Below, in pieces: positions 19,001-42,340 of a DNA stretch of 64,000 nt. Position numbers and translations under genes: made by a program. Location of the stretch: assembly GCA_963693365.1 (NCBI GenBank), contig CAVNZM010000001.1:20716125-20780124 (forward strand), given 5' to 3'. Within the stretch, counting starts at the first letter, position 1; each line of letters opens with the position of its first letter. The DNA comes from Amoebidium appalachense (lineage: Eukaryota > Protista > Ichthyosporea). The notes beneath the pieces are model-generated. The model ran no database searches, was not told the origin of the DNA, and saw nothing but the letters and a program-made list of their open reading frames with translations.

Positions 19001-19756
19001 CAAAGCGCGCGTGTGCGCTTTAGAAAGCATAGGTTCCGGCGGTGCAAGGCAGCTAGTCGGAATGCCTGGGTGGGTGGGCAGCTGGGGTGATTGATAAGTC
19101 TGCAGAGGGGGATGAGGGGGATAGTGGCGAAATTTGTGTATATGCGTGTAAATGTACGTGTCCCTGTGTGTGTGCCTTTGCCTGCGTGCGTGCGTGATTG
19201 GGTGTGAGAATGCGTGTGCGCGCTCGCAAACGTTTGTTCCTTTCTTTTCTTTTTTTTCCCCTTGTGCACAACACGGTGAACGGCGCAGTTGATGTGTGTA
19301 CATAATCTTCACCGGGAAATATATATATTAGACTTTCTAAGTCCTGGATCGTGTGGCCTGCAGTGGGCCTGCACACTGGGCCTCTAAGTTTGGAACTTTT
19401 CAAAATTATGCCTGTATAGGCTAGGCAGGCCATTTCAGTACAATTTCATACACTTCTACGTACACAGCCTCATACCGTGCATGCAAATCAAATACGCACG
19501 GGAGCATGGTCTCTAGACAACTGCTCCGAACATGTGGCATGCTCACTATAATTGGCTAGCTCTACCCAAAAGTTATACATAAGCCTTTTGGGGCATAATT
19601 AATTTAACATATCATAACGTGCATTAATCTTTAGGGCAACATTAAATCAATACTATGTATCATGTCGTACATTCGCCATTTCAAAAACATCATCAACATA
19701 AATGACCTGCCCTTAAAGGGCATCAATACCTCAACTTGCCTTCCTGCTAACAGGTG

Positions 19757-20942
19757 CTACCAAGGGCGCCACATGCTTTCCCCCTGGCTCGAATCCCAAT
19801 TTATGTCGTCAAGCGCGCTCTGCGCTGCTTCCAGGTGTTTTAAATACACTAACTGTGGCTTTTGATTGGCCGCTGCTGCAGTGCCGGGGTTCTTTGGGGA
19901 GTGTCGTGCGGAATTTTCGTCGCCGCCTTCCCGCGGTGCTTGTGGGCGGGCAGATGAAGTTTGGCCCAGGTTACTGGGGGCTGCAATGGGCTCACTGCGC
20001 CGCTGTTTTCTTCGTTGGGCACGGGCCTGCCATGCTTTGGACGAGTGCAGTTCGTGGCTGGGCTGCATGTGGAGTGCCGGGCGGGGCTCGGCACTGTGCG
20101 CGGTGGATGCAGGGCGCGGTGGCGATTCGTATTGGTCGCGGGGCGAATAATAGTGCTCCAGATCATACATGGATGACAGTGAGCCCGCATGGGAGTCCAG
20201 AGGGCTGCGGGTTTTGGTGTAAAACCCCGGGGACATGGAGTCCGGGTCGGGCTGGGAGTGGCCCATGTCGGAGAATGAGCGGCGGTGGCGCAGCACCAGG
20301 TCGTCCATGCTGACGGTGTGCTGCAGCGAGTATGGGTCCCGTCTGCGGGGCTGCGCAAACGGCGCCATTCTGCTGTGTGCGGCCCCACGATGGTGGGCTG
20401 TGCCCCGCCCCACCGGGTTTGACGAATACGCAGCCCTCTGCACGTGCTCAGCTGCCGTGGCGCTGTGCCGTCGCTGCGGTGCAGGGGCGTGTCTACTGCG
20501 GGCCTCGCTTGCTGTGTGCGCAGAAAACTCGTATGAGACGTCGTCGGAGTATGCAGGGTCGTGTTGGGGCTGGTAACTCTGGTGGCTGCTGCGGCGATAA
20601 GGTGCGGGGGGGTCACGGTCTGTGTGGCGGGGGTGCTCGTGCCAGTCCTCATCCATAACCACGTGGGTGGGTGTTTGCTCAAAGGCCACAGGGCTGATAT
20701 TCATGGGGTAGCACGAATAATCGGGGTCGTCGGCCATATAATCCCTGTAGCTGTCTGTCAGATCCAAGGATAAGCCAGGGTCCTCCGGGGGGCTGTGTGG
20801 CTCCTTGTCACTCTCTGACCCCTCGGCGGTGGTGCCCTCTGCCAGGGTCACATAGGGGTCGACATAGGGCTTGTACAAGCGTGCCGTGTAGTTGACATGG
20901 CCGAGCCCCAGGTGCCGCCTCAGATGTTGCGTCCACACGTGT
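19757..20942 (-). CDS. Terminal coding exon of a hypothetical low-complexity (S/P/H/R/A-rich, probably disordered) protein; upstream exons unresolved
   Basis: About 1.2 kb of stop-free, GC-rich, non-repetitive frame (open to 21088). Candidate acceptor ctgcacag|A at 20943/20942. No recognisable domain. Confidence 0.6.
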
Positions 20943-23900
20943 CTGTGCAGCGTGGGCGTATGTGAGTGTTGGTTTCCCACGGTAAGAAATGTGCGTTGTG
21001 TGCGTTTGTGTGTGTGAATGTGGCGCGTGACCTCCGATTTGGGGCAGTGTCTGTACAGATTTTTGCTGTGACACCTGTATGACCGCATGCCATGGTGTGT
21101 TCATGTGCATGTACCTCGGGGTGTGCATGTGCATATGCTGTTGTGTGCATGCATGTTTTGCGCGTGTTCACATGTGAGTTCGCTTTGTGCGCGTTGTAAA
21201 GGGTGTGTGGAGAAAATGTGCAGGACATAAGACATGTGATACATTCAAGTGCATGTGGGCTGTATACCACCATCTTCTGCTGATCATTACACCATTGATT
21301 TGTTTGCTTGCTTGTGCTAGCTATAGCCATTTATTTGGCCGCCCGGAAAGGGCTAATACGTAACCAGCTAGGCTGATCGTGACAGGCACAGGGTACACAT
21401 TCATGTTTGATACCTAGCACGACCGTGGTGGTTATTGACCCTCGGTTTGCCGTGCTGGAATACTAAACTGTTTTATGATTATTTTTTTATCCTGTTTTGT
21501 CTGCGAATTCGAATGAGCTCTCTGTAAATCCCTAGCTAGGGATCCCTCATAAGGTAGTATCGCCTTTCACTAAGCGCCAACAGTTACTGTACCCTGATAC
21601 GGTACTCATGGCCCATCTTTCACCTTTAACAACGACTAGTGCACATTTAGCCCAGGGATTTTTCCCTTAGCCTCGCTAGTATCCTATTTTTGTAGCATGG
21701 TTGTGTGCCATCGAATGGAATTGGATGCTTGATTGATACGTCAAGCAACTACTCAGTATCATAGTATGCTGACTAGCCCAAGGCATACCGTATGGCTAGT
21801 AGCAAAGGACTGCTGTGGGTATTAATGGGGGGACTTCTTGGCAGGGGGCACTTGCCTTTCAATGTTGAACCGCATGTTGGGGGTGCACTGCGTGCACCCT
21901 CCAAAGGTGCATACATATTGTGTGCGTGGCATTTTCTTCTGCTGAAGCGCCTGCTAGTGTTTCCAAGGAACTCCAGGGCAAACATCCAACCGACGGCTGG
22001 TCTCTGCCCTTCACCACATGTATGATGTAGTGGTGCCAAGGGGTGGGTGGCTGCATGGGTCCGCAGGAGTAGTGGTGCAAATGTGCACATGCAGGGTGAA
22101 AAGCCATGCAGGCATAATTTGCAGGACTTATATATGTGTGTGACCCTGCCCTAGTTCTGCGTATGAAGGCGATCTGAGTCATCTGACTCACGGATGCAGC
22201 GATCTCGGTGGCTAGAGGCGGGGCCAGCGTTGAACATACCTGTTTGCTGCGTCTTGGCTAAATAAAATAAAAGACCGTCTATTGTAATGATGGTTTCACC
22301 CAACTTGAATTTCGGCAGCTGCTTCACCCAAACTACTGACCCCCGCCGTTCACGTGTGGTGACCGAACGGCCGAAACGTGTGCAGTAAGAAGGCTACCAG
22401 ATATAACTTCGCGCCTAATTGGAACCATACCAGGCACCGGTGCTGTACCACGCACTGGCCCCATGCAACCGTCAAAATTCAGTGCCTTAGGGGGGGTCAT
22501 CTCACTTGGTTGGTCTGCTATATGCGCTGTGTGTGCTAGGGAGCGCTTTTATAATCGGTGACTATATAGGAACGGCAGATATGCGCTCATGATAAAGATA
22601 CACTTACAAATAGGCTATAGGGTTTGTTAGCCGTCACCCGTGACCCGGCCCGGGCTGGAATGCGAAACAGGCTGGTGCTATCTACCTATTAGTAAAATGA
22701 TGGTGCAAATATTTCGTTGTGTGCATGCTCAAATTGATACGCCTCCATGCCCCTATGTAGTGCACTATGAGGCACTCCTCTGAGCGTTTATATTTTATGT
22801 GATACATTTACAGAATGCCTCCGAGGCTCCAAGAGTGAGGCGAACCTACACTACTGAGTACTGACTACATAGTTACTGCTCGTGATTGGCATGTGCACCG
22901 TACCGCCGGAGATCTGATTCATCATCTTTTCTAACACTCAATTTGGTGGGGAGCTAATATTACTACAATTGCAACTATATTAGTCAGTTCTTGTTAGCTA
23001 AAATTGTTGACCTAAGCCAGCAAAAGTAGAAAAGAAGTGCATGCCCGGGCCCTTCGTCGCATCATCACCGCCTACGTGTAGGCACGCTGCTGTGCCATAC
23101 TGTAACACCTCAGTGTCCTGTGCTCCTTTTTGATTGGACCAATCAACCAACCATTTTATTTTAGTGCAGCATTCAGAAATCGAATCAGAATTTCAGACCG
23201 TCCACGAAATTCCAGTCATTCGAATTCGATCATGAAAGTTTCAAAGGTGGCGTCATCATCTGTTAATACGAAGTCCACGCAGCATGGTGAAGACAAAAAG
23301 GCTACACCGGTTACCTCCTGGCCTTCTGTCGCAGGCATGGTTGATTTAGTGGTGCTGTAGGCTACTGGAATTCGACCTGGTCCGGCGGATGCGCCAAGCC
23401 CATGCATGGCATTGCATGCCCAAGTACATACTTCCCGCCGCCTGCCGAACCGGCCACGCGCGAGTCCACGCGCGCGCCCATTGATTGGCCAATGCGATAC
23501 GTGATCTGCAGATCCCGACTCCCGAGAGATGAAATATTTTCCGAAAGTTGTTTTGTTCATCGGGGAATGTGCTGTTTTGTTCATCATAAGATGACAGTGC
23601 CACAATGAACAAAAAGAAACTGCAGCTTGTCATGGATTGACAGCATCATATTCGACAATCGACAGTCGTCACCGAGGTGATTTCTGACTACCTCCCTTGC
23701 AGACTTGCAATTATAGTCGTGATCTCTGCGCCTGCGACTTTAGATATGCAGCTGGCTACAGCATGTGCGCAGTGCACAAGCGTGTTTGTCGGGCTTCAGT
23801 CACTGAATGAGTACAGCCTGCAGCCGCCCAGGACCGTTGGGGTGGTAGTACCTCATACTGCCCACTCTGACCTGTCCTGCATACATGGCAGAAATATTTT

Positions 23901-23945
23901 TGTGCTTTTTACGAGTTGAAGGCAAGACTTCTCGATTACTATGTA

Positions 23946-24170
23946 CCAATCGGGCTCGTGGTCAGACCGACCAATCTGTCCGTTTCTAGATGCACTTTCC
24001 ACCAATCACGTTTTGTTGACATTTTTACCAATCGAAAAACAGTATCGCACATTTGGGTGATACATAGTTACATACTAACCCAATCAGCATCATTTTACTG
24101 TGGTCCACGGTGTTCTGGTCACAGGTGACTCACAGGAAGCACTGTGGTGACTCGTGAGGCGGTGACTCAG
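23946..24170 (+). promoter_or_regulatory. Promoter-like cluster: five co-oriented CCAATC boxes followed by three GGTGACTC (AP-1/GCN4-like) sites
   Basis: CCAAT at 23946, 23971, 24002, 24028 and 24080; GGTGACTC three times in 24124-24170. Confidence 0.45.
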
Positions 24171-24494
24171 CCCCAGCGGATGGCGAACTTGGCGAGGGTG
24201 GCACGCAACGGCACGTTGGGCTTGGCCACCAGAAACTGTTTTCGAGGGCCCGACGGATTAGCTATGATGCGTGTATCTATGTAATATTGATTGCGTAGTA
24301 GCAGAATACCACATACTGTACATGTCATCTATGTGAGTAGTATCAAATGCAACCCACTACAAGTCTATGGCATGCCAATTGTGCCATTATGGTAATGCAA
24401 GTGCGGCATCTGAGCATACGGGCATAGGCACACGTGCCTAATTGTCCTGATCGACCTGCTGGCTCATTCATCGCGGTGCCGGGTGCATGGACCC

Positions 24495-24688
24495 TCAGCC
24501 AGCCCCACACCTACAAAAAATACATAGCTCCTCCCCCGGTCTCCGGGCTGTTTCAAAGATCACTGAACTTCGAAGGCCCTGAGGGTCGGATAGACCAACA
24601 AACCCGACCCTCAGGACCTTCCAAGTTCATGATGATCTTTGAAACAAGCCCGGAGACCGGGGGAGGAGCTGGGTGTGGGGTTGACTGA
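24495..24688. ncRNA. Long imperfect hairpin (~65-bp stem, 14-nt loop): candidate pre-miRNA/hairpin RNA or MITE
   Basis: Arms 24526-24589 and 24604-24670 are reverse complements with few mismatches or bulges. Outer pairing between 24495-24511 and 24672-24688. Confidence 0.45.
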
Positions 24689-24713
24689 AAATCATCCTGA
24701 AAAAAATCATGAT

Positions 24714-24749
<36 letters not shown>

Positions 24750-24923
24750 CCCCCCCCGTTCTCTCCCCTCCAAGGCTTACAGTACTAGACTTCCTCCCTC
24801 CCTTCCCACCGTTTAACCATAGGAGGGCGGCAGCTGGGGGAGGCTTTCATACGCACTCGCGCACCACACACAGGTACACACATACACACTCACGCCCACG
24901 CCCACGCACACACGCACACACGC

Positions 24924-24969
<46 letters not shown>

Positions 24970-25487
24970 TCCCCCCAATCCCCGGCTGCCAGCCCTTGGC
25001 AATCCTTGTGCAAAGAAAACACGACGTCGCCACTTTAGGTTTTGGTGTCATGCCGGGTCACACCGTGTAGATGGGCCGGTCACGGTGTGAGTGAAGTGTA
25101 CGAAGTTGACGGGCAGTGGAAATGAGCTTGTGTCCTGAAATGTGTTGCGGTAGCTCCTTAAGCTTGTGCACAGTGACTTGTGTTTGTGTCCTACAGGTGA
25201 CAGGCACAGCTATGCGCATCTGTAGGCATGTAGTTGTTTACCAGTGATACCATTTATGTGCAATGATGGCTGGGAGTCCACTACGGTGCAGGCTTTGAGG
25301 GGATGTCAGTGTTGATCAAAAGAGCATGAGCAGAGCGAGTGTAATATGCATATGCAGCAGTACTGAGAAGAGATGGGCACGTTGTTGGGTGAAAGAGCAC
25401 GATTGCAATGAGGCTAGGGTAAAGCTTGGGGGGGGGAGAGGGGGGGGAAGGGGGGGGGGGGAGAGAAGAGAGTGAGAGACTGAGAGA

Positions 25488-25818
<331 letters not shown>

Positions 25819-26171
25819 ACACACATGAAACCTGTGGAGCGAATTTAAATTGCTTTCGATTTCATGCCCCTAATTGTCCCAATTTGCACGTGCACCTTTT
25901 TCGCAATCACGTCAGTGTCTGTGGACTACAAGTTTCCACACCAGAATAGTTAACTATAACGTTCCTGCTGCGCCGGCCTTTTTGAGGCAACAAGTCCAAC
26001 ATCTCCTTGAAATTTGACCCCACACAGGCCACACAAAACGGAAGGTCTTTCCGGAACTATAAAAAATTCCGGCCCACCGGCCAGCAGGCATGACATAACA
26101 AACCCTGTTTAGTTCCGATTTAAAAGCGTGCCTGCGTGCTTGCTGCCGTGCGTGTACGATGTGTATGTATG

Positions 26172-26243
<72 letters not shown>

Positions 26244-26246
26244 CAC

Positions 26247-26281
<35 letters not shown>

Positions 26282-26941
26282 CTGTGTATGTGCCCGTGTG
26301 TGTGCGGTGCGTGTTGTGCGAGTGTGGTTTGTTGTGTGTACGGTGTGAGTGAGTGCGGTGTGTGTGTGCACGTTTGCAACAATCATTTATATAAGAAGAA
26401 GAGGGAATCGTACAAGCCACAAATCATTATACGAAAAATAAATTTACACACTGGTGGTACAAAAGGCCATATACATTACCGGTCAGGACTTTATGATACA
26501 AACTCCAGTGAGCCGGGGTGGGCGGTGGGGGTGCGTGTGTTTGTACGGCGTGTGTGTGTGTGCGTGTGTGTGGGGGGGGGGGGGGGGGGGGGGGGGAGGG
26601 GGGGGGAGGGAGCTAGGAGGGAGGGGGGGGGGGGGGGGGGGGGGGGAGAGATTTCGCGCCAAAACTCATTGTTTGGCCAATCAGCTGTTCTGTAAACGGA
26701 AAGCGAATGAGAGTTAGGCTAAACAAGCCATATTTGGACACCCGGGCTCCCGTTGGCAGCCGGAGTCCCAGCCTGGCCCCTGCATGTCGAAAAAAGCCTT
26801 CACAGAATCACCCGAGAGTTGAACGAGAGCGCTTAAATGAACGTGCAACGCGGGTAGGCCAGCGTTAAGGTTCACCGGTACGTGCCTGTGCAGGTGTGTG
26901 TAGTGTCGCCACGATGTCGAACACACCTGCCCAGTGTGGCC

Positions 26942-27730
<789 letters not shown>

Positions 27731-28298
27731 GTGCTCACACGGAAGCGTTCTTGTTCTTGAGTCTGTGCCTGAGAAGGCCTCTACTTTGTCAACTGACCTG
27801 CATGGATATACATGTGCCGTCGTGGTGTTACAGTGTGTCGTTGTTCGCTGCACGTGCACGTATGTGGTTGGGTAGGGCAGAGCAGAGGGCACTCCACCGG
27901 CTGGCTTCCTCATGCATCAATTTGGCAGGCCTAGCTGTCTCTTTCTGGCCGACCCTCTTTCTTATGCTGATTACCTCAGCATCGCTCTAGTTGCCCGTCA
28001 CCCCATTCAATCCTTCTCTATCCTTGCCTCCCCTTCCACCCTCTCAAACACCTCCATACAGACGTATTCTAACCGTAAACTCCCTTCCCGATCCGGAAGG
28101 GCGCAAACTTGAAGGGCACCCCAGTTTCTCACGTTTCAACCTTTTGTGTTTTACCTGGGCCACCCGCCCTTCCCTCAGCTTTGTCTCTAACATACCACCG
28201 CCAACCCTCTCTCCTCCTCACTTCTACCACACATGTCTCCACCCCCCACTGCTCCCCATCACCTTGCCGTGTTGTATGACGGCACAGCGCTCTGCAAA

Positions 28299-28350
<52 letters not shown>

Positions 28351-28512
28351 AAAAAAAAAACCACCTCCCACCCCGCCCCACCGGTCCCCTCCCCTCCTCC
28401 CTCTCTCACCTCCCCCACCCCCCTTTCCCCGGGCACCCAGAAAGACCCGTGCCTGCACCACAAAACATAAACCCAACATAACTCCTCTCCCCCTCCCCCC
28501 CAGGCAGGCAGC

Positions 28513-37794
<9,282 letters not shown>

Positions 37795-37914
37795 AGGGGG
37801 GAACACTCAAGTGACAAGGGAGAAAATACAGTCGTGCCACGGCTTGCCTTCAGCCCTTACACTGACAGGTTAGCATTGTGAAACTAGTTCGTGCACAATG
37901 GCAAAAACACCATA

Positions 37915-38057
37915 ACGTCGGCCAGATTGTGACAGTATCACATTGGGCAGAATTCTGCCCCCCCCCCTTTTTTTTTGGCTTTTGCGCTTGTATGAATGCC
38001 CTGACCGTCTTTTACAACGCCAGGCCCAATGTGATACTGTCACAATCTGGCCGACGT
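37915..38057. repeat. Perfect 34-bp inverted repeat with 75-nt spacer, just downstream of the FNTB stop
   Basis: acgtcggccagattgtgacagtatcacattgggc (37915-37948) and its exact reverse complement (38024-38057). Confidence 0.9.
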
Positions 38058-39570
38058 GCCGGTGACTGCAGAAGGGCCAACTCACGCAAATAAACAGACA
38101 CGAATGGATCTGTGTTGCCCCACCATTCCTGCTGGGAGGGAGTCCCACTCAGGGGAACGTGACTGCAGCGTGTGTGTGGTGTGGCCCGGTGTATTCCTAC
38201 TGCTGTGAGAGTGTGGGGGCATCTCCCTTTCGCGGAGTTTCTCGCTTGAGAAGTGGTTTCTTCAACGCCTGTGTCTGGTGGTCCACTGCAACCTATGGTA
38301 ACTTCTACACGCTGTCTACGCTTCTACGCGACCTATTGGCGGTGGGCTGCTGCAACTTCTTCAGCCACTTCTGTGCTGCGTGAGTGGGAGGGGCGGCTAC
38401 TTGGTCGTCGGGGAGCTTTCCAAGTGACTGCCAGTCCTTAGCCTCCAGTCGTATGGCAATGACTGGGTTTGCTTGCATGCATTCTGTAATTGTGTTTTTC
38501 TGTGTGTCCTGCCACAACTAGGCCAGCTTATCAGAGAGCTAGATGCAGTTTCTCCGGGTTATCTACGGGCCGGGGCCCGTTGGGATTGTTTTTTAGCTCA
38601 GATTTGGTCTGCATTGCTCTTTTAGAGGCTGACTTGCTTGCTGTGCCTCGGTAGGTTTTGAGGGGGGCCTGTTGGGAAGCAGCAGTAATGATGTCTTCTT
38701 GCGGAGTGTGGTCTGGTCAACATCGATGCATATGACTAGTTGGAGCAAACAAGTTTCATGCATACACGTACACTTAAGTTTTTGCCCGCTGGTGTCCTTT
38801 GTCACTTGTCGCTTTATTTTTATTTCGTAGCTTTGGCTTTTTCAGTTCTATTGGTGGTTATGTAGCCTGTGGCTGCACCTTGCCTTCATCAACGGATCAA
38901 TAAAACCTCACACGTACTGACGGTGTGCACGCGCTGCGATGAACTTTACGTTCGCTGCAGACGGGATTTTTCCTTACACTCTCGCGACCGCGTGCATGCT
39001 TTCTGTCGCGGCGCCTCGACGGTTCGATAGAGTCCAGTGTTCGCTGAATGTGTAAGGAAAAATAAGGAGCCATCTCAGTAGGTGGCAGCTAATTGGCCAA
39101 AAAAATGGGGAAATTTTTTTGACCCTCATGAACTAGGCAGGTATACATTGCACACGCCCCAAATGACCCCTCAAAATGCTCAGCTCGTCGAGCTCTATCA
39201 ACCCATGGAGCCGGATTTTAAAAATTCGAAAATTTTTGGGGGGTCTCCCAGCCCCCCCCCCCCCCCCCCCCCCCCCCTCCCCCCCCCTCCCCCCTCCCCT
39301 ATGAGCAGGCCGTCGAATGTGGCTGGGCCTCCGGCAGTGTCCACGCAATAAAACGTGTGTAAACCCCCCTATGATACCCACACACCCCTGCCCAGGCTGT
39401 TTGTGTACGTTGCACATGTACATGCGTGTGTGTGTGTGTGTGTGTGTGTGCAAGGGTGTGTGTGTGTGTGTGTGCGTGCGTGTGTTTGTGTGTGTTTGTG
39501 TGTGTGTGTGTGTGTGTGGCTGTGTGTGTGTGTGTTTGTACATGTGTTTGTGTCGGTTTATGGTGTGTAT

Positions 39571-39601
<31 letters not shown>

Positions 39602-41131
39602 CGCGCACGCGACGCCGTGCGCATGAGTGTGTGTGTATGTGGGGATGTTTAGTGTCACCAGCGTCTTTGTCGTTTTCTGTTAACGCGGTTTCTGATGTTC
39701 CCATTCAGTCCGAGTGATCCTCCAACTCACACGGGGGGGGGGGGGCTATAGCCTGGGTCTTCCAGATCTTGATCCACGACCCTCCTTGTGCTAATGAAAC
39801 GACCGCTAGAGTCTGTTCCTCTAATGTTCCTAGGTGGCATTTACGTAACTGTAAAGCACCATGCCACTCGGTGCTTGAACAGGAGTGCCGTTTGAGGCAA
39901 AAGCACAAGTGTATTCTTCGTTGTGGCTGCTACACGTGCTTGTTTGCGCAATCAAGGCCCGATTGTTTGCGCAAACACATCATTTCGGGTCGGGTCGGAC
40001 CGGTCCAGGTCGACCGGGTCGGAGCCGAAATTGGGCAAACTGACCCGAATTTTTTTTATTGCATACTCGCTCGGTCTCATTGAGCCCATGAAAGTTTGCC
40101 AGCGGAACTTTTCGAAAAGCTCGATCCGTTCAAAAGTTATTAACGAAAAACCTTTTTAGGTCTATACATGCGATAGGGGCTGTGCACCATAGATCTGGCA
40201 TTATCAGTAGTGTTGTTGGAGCCGGAATGGCGGCCAGCGCAGTAGTGTATTTACGGCTTCATACTGCTCCCTCTACAGCTAAGGTCCTAGGAACAATGGT
40301 CTAGATAATTCTACTCTCGCACCCTCTCTACTCTTTCTCTAAGCTTTGTAGGTATAGAGGACTAGGAACAATGGTCTAGATAATTCATCTCTCCTCTCTA
40401 TAGACTCTTATTCCAAGCTTTCGTCAGGATTTAAGATGAAAATCAAAATCCTAAATCCAGAAAATGCTAAAATCCGGAAAATTGGAGTTTTAGAGGTCGG
40501 AAATTGGAATTTATGGACTTCATAAAAATCTTAAAAGGAATTTAAATGTAATGAAGGAAAAGTACTATAGTAATAGTACTCTAAGAATAGGAAAGCATAA
40601 TTGTAAAGAGTAGGTGCGAGTACTCCACGAGCGGTGGCTCTTAAGAGACTTTAACTGGCTCTCTAAGATTTAGAATACTATTACTCTAGTTCTAGATTTC
40701 TTACTCTACGTAATAAAAAAGTTAAGAAAAAAGTTAATTACACTTTTTCCCAATCTCCTTCAGTGACAGGTTTCCTGTCAGGGAGATTGGGCTTATTGGG
40801 GATAGGGGTTTGGGGGAAGGGGGGAGCGGGTCTCACGTGAGATGCCAAGAGTGAGAAAAAAAAAGAGTGTACAGCCAATCGGGTGCCAGTATCCATAGCA
40901 ATCGGAGAACGCGGCGACCCAATCTGAGTCTGATTGGCTGGAACATGTTTCAGCGAATCAAAGCGCTCACTTCTTATGTTTCAGCGAATCAAATCGCTCG
41001 CTTCTTACCGGAACATTCTGCAACATGTGCGTGTCGCTCTCACGCATATGTCAGCTGGAACATTCCATGCGTCGTACTGAACAAATGCATGTGTGCACTC
41101 ATGCGGCTATCGGCAGACATTGGATTGGCGA

Positions 41132-41255
<124 letters not shown>

Positions 41256-41758
41256 AGAGAGAGAGAGCACTGAAATATAAGAAAAGAGAGAAAGAGCAAA
41301 GAGAGAGAGAGGGAGCACTGAAATATAAGAAAAATAGAGGGAAATTTTCACAAACAGATTGCAGCAGGCATATGCGCAGTGATGACAGACGTCGACAGCT
41401 GTGCACGGCAACATCGATTCGTTTTTGGGGAGATAAGCGTCCATTGGGCCAATTGATCTGGGCGTGGTATTGGGTGCAGCAGTACGGTGTGACAGACAGG
41501 TGTGCGTGGTATTTGATGTACTTGCGTCTTAAACGACAGTAATGGGCATGGTATTGGGTAACTGACGAGAGAGGGAGCCCGCACGCGTCACCAGGTGTTA
41601 TAAGAACGTTAACACGTGCGCGTGCGTTTGCATTACGGCAATCATATGGGGCGTGGTATCGGGTATTTATAGTGCCCAAGTTGTACTAGTCAACTAGACA
41701 CATGTCATTTTGCCGAACAATTCACTGAAGGAGGTTTCAGGGAGATTTTTCTTCATTC

Positions 41759-42340
41759 ATGAAAATAATGGATACGACTAGTAAATTTAGGTCTCAGTGC
41801 GCGTTCATTTATCGACGTAGCTATAGAGACGAACATGGGCACCTTTACCATGCAGGGGATAGATGTATAAAAGAAACTTATTTAACCGGAGCTTTTTGCC
41901 GTTTACATGTTGGTAGTGAAAAACATCGAGCACAATATGCTGCACACAAAGAAGATATATGTGCCAAACAGCACGAATATAATGAACATTTCAAAAACAC
42001 GCACAGAAGCGAAGAAAAAGAGTACAGAGACACGCACACGGTAGAAGCACAAAAGTACAGGGACACACACAAGGAAGAAGCACGAGAGTACACGGATACG
42101 CACAGGGAAGAAGCACGAGAGTATAAGGAAACACATAGAGAAGATGCGCGGAACTACAGGAATACGCACAGGGAAGCGCATAGGGAAGATGCGCGGAAAT
42201 ACAGAGACACACACAGAGAAGAGCTACAACATTACAGGGAATCGCACGTGGAAGAGAATAGACAGTATCAGGTATATTTTACATTTTTCTTTCGCCTTTT
42301 GGTCTTTACTTATTTTGCTTCGGGAGTTTCTTGCTTCTGA
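41759..42340 (+). CDS. AT-rich hypothetical protein: N-terminal Cys3-His motif plus about 8 copies of an 11-aa charged repeat (YRDTHREEARE); possibly spliced at 42271
   Basis: Motif QC-x21-C-x10-C-x2-H, then a 33-nt tandem coding repeat. Composition differs from the host genes. CAG|GTATAT donor-like site at 42271/42272. Confidence 0.55.
   Translation: MKIMDTTSKFRSQCAFIYRRSYRDEHGHLYHAGDRCIKETYLTGAFCRLHVGSEKHRAQYAAHKEDICAKQHEYNEHFKNTHRSEEKEYRDTHTVEAQKYRDTHKEEAREYTDTHREEAREYKETHREDARNYRNTHREAHREDARKYRDTHREELQHYRESHVEENRQYQVYFTFFFRLLVFTYFASGVSCF

Noticed and set aside
23130-23633. Short ORFs in the unique intergenic block
   Set aside because: No recognisable motifs, in-frame stops, and no consistent splice model could be built.
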